Shown piece by piece: positions 62,879-64,000 of a stretch of DNA of 64,000 nt. Positions within the stretch are counted from its first letter, which is position 1; every line of letters starts with the position of its first letter. The translations under genes were made by a program, and so were the position numbers. The notes beneath the pieces were generated by a model. The model was not told where the DNA came from and searched no databases. It saw nothing but the letters and a program-made list of their open reading frames with translations. Origin of the DNA: Nitrospirota bacterium (GTDB lineage: Bacteria; Nitrospirota; UBA9217); NCBI GenBank assembly GCA_963754875.1, contig CAVWHO010000010.1, positions 160,001 to 224,000 of the forward strand. Direction: 5' to 3'.

Positions 62879-64000
62879 ATGTTTATATTGCTGCTCTTGG
62901 TATATATTGCTGTTCTCTCCATTCGCTACTGGCTCAGCTCGCTGAATCGCGCATACCTGAAAAAGCACGGTCATACCGTCCCTCCCGAGTTTCAGGGAAT
63001 AATAGATCCGGACCATCTTCAAAAAATCACAAATTATACATTAGAAAACAGCAGATTCGCGACGATAGAGTCCATTCTCTCCAACATCCTCGTGGTTGTT
63101 TTCCTCTTTGGCGGGCTGCTGGGGTACTATGACCACTGGGTGAGTTCCCTAACAGGTTCTTTTATCGGCAATGGGATCATTTTTGCCCTGGTCCTTTTTT
63201 ATATCGAAACGATCATCGACATTCCGTTCAGCCTGTACCGGAACTTTCAGATCGAAAACCGCTACGGCTTTAATACCATGACTCTGCGTCTCTGGGTCAC
63301 GGACCTTCTTAAATCCGTGGCCATAGCAACGGTCCTGAGCTCCCTTGTCGTTTTCATCGCCCTCGCTATTATCCAGGCGAGCCCTTACTGGTGGTGGCTC
63401 TGGGTATGGGCGTTTCTCCTGGTCTTCGGCATTTTTATCATGTACCTGTCGCCGACGCTCATTGAACCGCTTTTTTTTAAATTCGAGCCCGTAAAAGCGG
63501 AAGGCCTGGAAGAGCGGATTCGGTCGCTCATGGAGAGGGCCGGGCTTAAAGTCAGCCGTGTCTTTCAGGTTGACGCTTCGCGCAGGAGCCGGCACTCGAA
63601 CGCCTACTTTACCGGCATTGGCCGGGTGAAGCGCATTGTCCTCTTCGATACTCTCATTGAACAGATGTCGCAGGACGAAATTCTGGCTGTCCTGGCCCAT
63701 GAAGTAGGCCACTGGAAGAAGCGGCATGTGCTGAAGAGCATAATTTTGAGCGAGACCATGGCATTCTGCGGCCTCTTTCTGGCATTTCATCTCATTTCGT
63801 GGGACGGACTTCCGGGCCTGATCAATCTTCCCCAGGCTTCTTTTTACGCACGGGTGATCATCATTGGGTTCATCGGTTCTCTTGTCATGTTCCCGGTGAC
63901 GCCTTTTTTCAGCTACTTATCCCGGAGAAATGAACGTGAGGCGGACCGGTTTGCCTCCGAGCTGACCCATCAGCCGGAATATCTCGCATCCTCACTTGTA
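62879..64000 (+). CDS. M48 (Ste24-type) zinc metallopeptidase, 3' truncated by window; absent from the ORF track
   Basis: Manual translation MFILLLLVY...F.IENRYGFN...DASRRSRHSNAYFTG.G..KRIVLFDTL...LAHEVGH...NEREADRFA. Confidence 0.92.
   Translation, partial: MFILLLLVYIAVLSIRYWLSSLNRAYLKKHGHTVPPEFQGIIDPDHLQKITNYTLENSRFATIESILSNILVVVFLFGGLLGYYDHWVSSLTGSFIGNGIIFALVLFYIETIIDIPFSLYRNFQIENRYGFNTMTLRLWVTDLLKSVAIATVLSSLVVFIALAIIQASPYWWWLWVWAFLLVFGIFIMYLSPTLIEPLFFKFEPVKAEGLEERIRSLMERAGLKVSRVFQVDASRRSRHSNAYFTGIGRVKRIVLFDTLIEQMSQDEILAVLAHEVGHWKKRHVLKSIILSETMAFCGLFLAFHLISWDGLPGLINLPQASFYARVIIIGFIGSLVMFPVTPFFSYLSRRNEREADRFASELTHQPEYLASSLV

Noticed and set aside
4361..63790. Long antisense or alternative-frame ORFs (e.g. 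4488-5267, 42054-43019, 60160-61047, 63149-63790)
   Set aside because: These are shadows of well-supported genes on the opposite strand in GC-rich coding DNA and carry no recognisable motifs.
1..64000. Many frameshifted genes (alr, mlaE/F, GT2, glpQ, pdxJ, udg, mutS, rplI, dnaB, tupB, luxR) read as pseudogenisation, programmed frameshifting or a mutS mutator state
   Set aside because: Single-base indels hit essential genes such as dnaB, with otherwise intact sequence and no shared slippery motif. Uncorrected long-read error is the simpler explanation; short-read polishing would decide.
1..64000. CRISPR array, rRNA, tRNA or prophage
   Set aside because: No repeat-spacer pattern, tRNA cloverleaf, rRNA sequence or phage gene was recognised.

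Overview
Bacterial chromosome segment, probably Nitrospirota or Desulfobacterota-like (inferred from the pdxJ-acpS-nnr-CBS-tsaE order, the Cys-loop DnaB and the PilY1 type). In order it holds the alr 3' end, mlaEFD, galU, lon and thiL; a ~20 kb surface-glycan region (GT2s, DUF2304, a TPR-less TMTC-like GT-C enzyme, a convergent AT-rich wzx/rfbFG/C-methyltransferase/rfbCD/gmd/fcl block, an EPS-type MarR regulator, and an FkbM/IS scar); patatin-glpQ-glpD; pdxJ to nadK; UDG, a four-helix-bundle gene, mutS, rplI and dnaB; three tandem TPR-like/cNMP modules; a minor-pilin/PilY1 locus with a sigma54-type promoter; tupBC, maf, a pseudo-receiver LuxR and an M48 peptidase. Many genes, including essential ones, carry single-base frameshifts, most likely from read or assembly errors. 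Top leads: (1) an unannotated ~235 nt structured RNA with its own promoter and terminator (62575-62811); (2) 7/8-mer-repeat inverted elements, one carrying the four-helix-bundle gene, others empty or embedded in coding sequence; (3) a free-standing copy of the PilY1 vWA-insert domain; (4) the triple cNMP sensor array; (5) a possible protein glycosylation system. All calls come from reading the sequence by eye; no searches were run.
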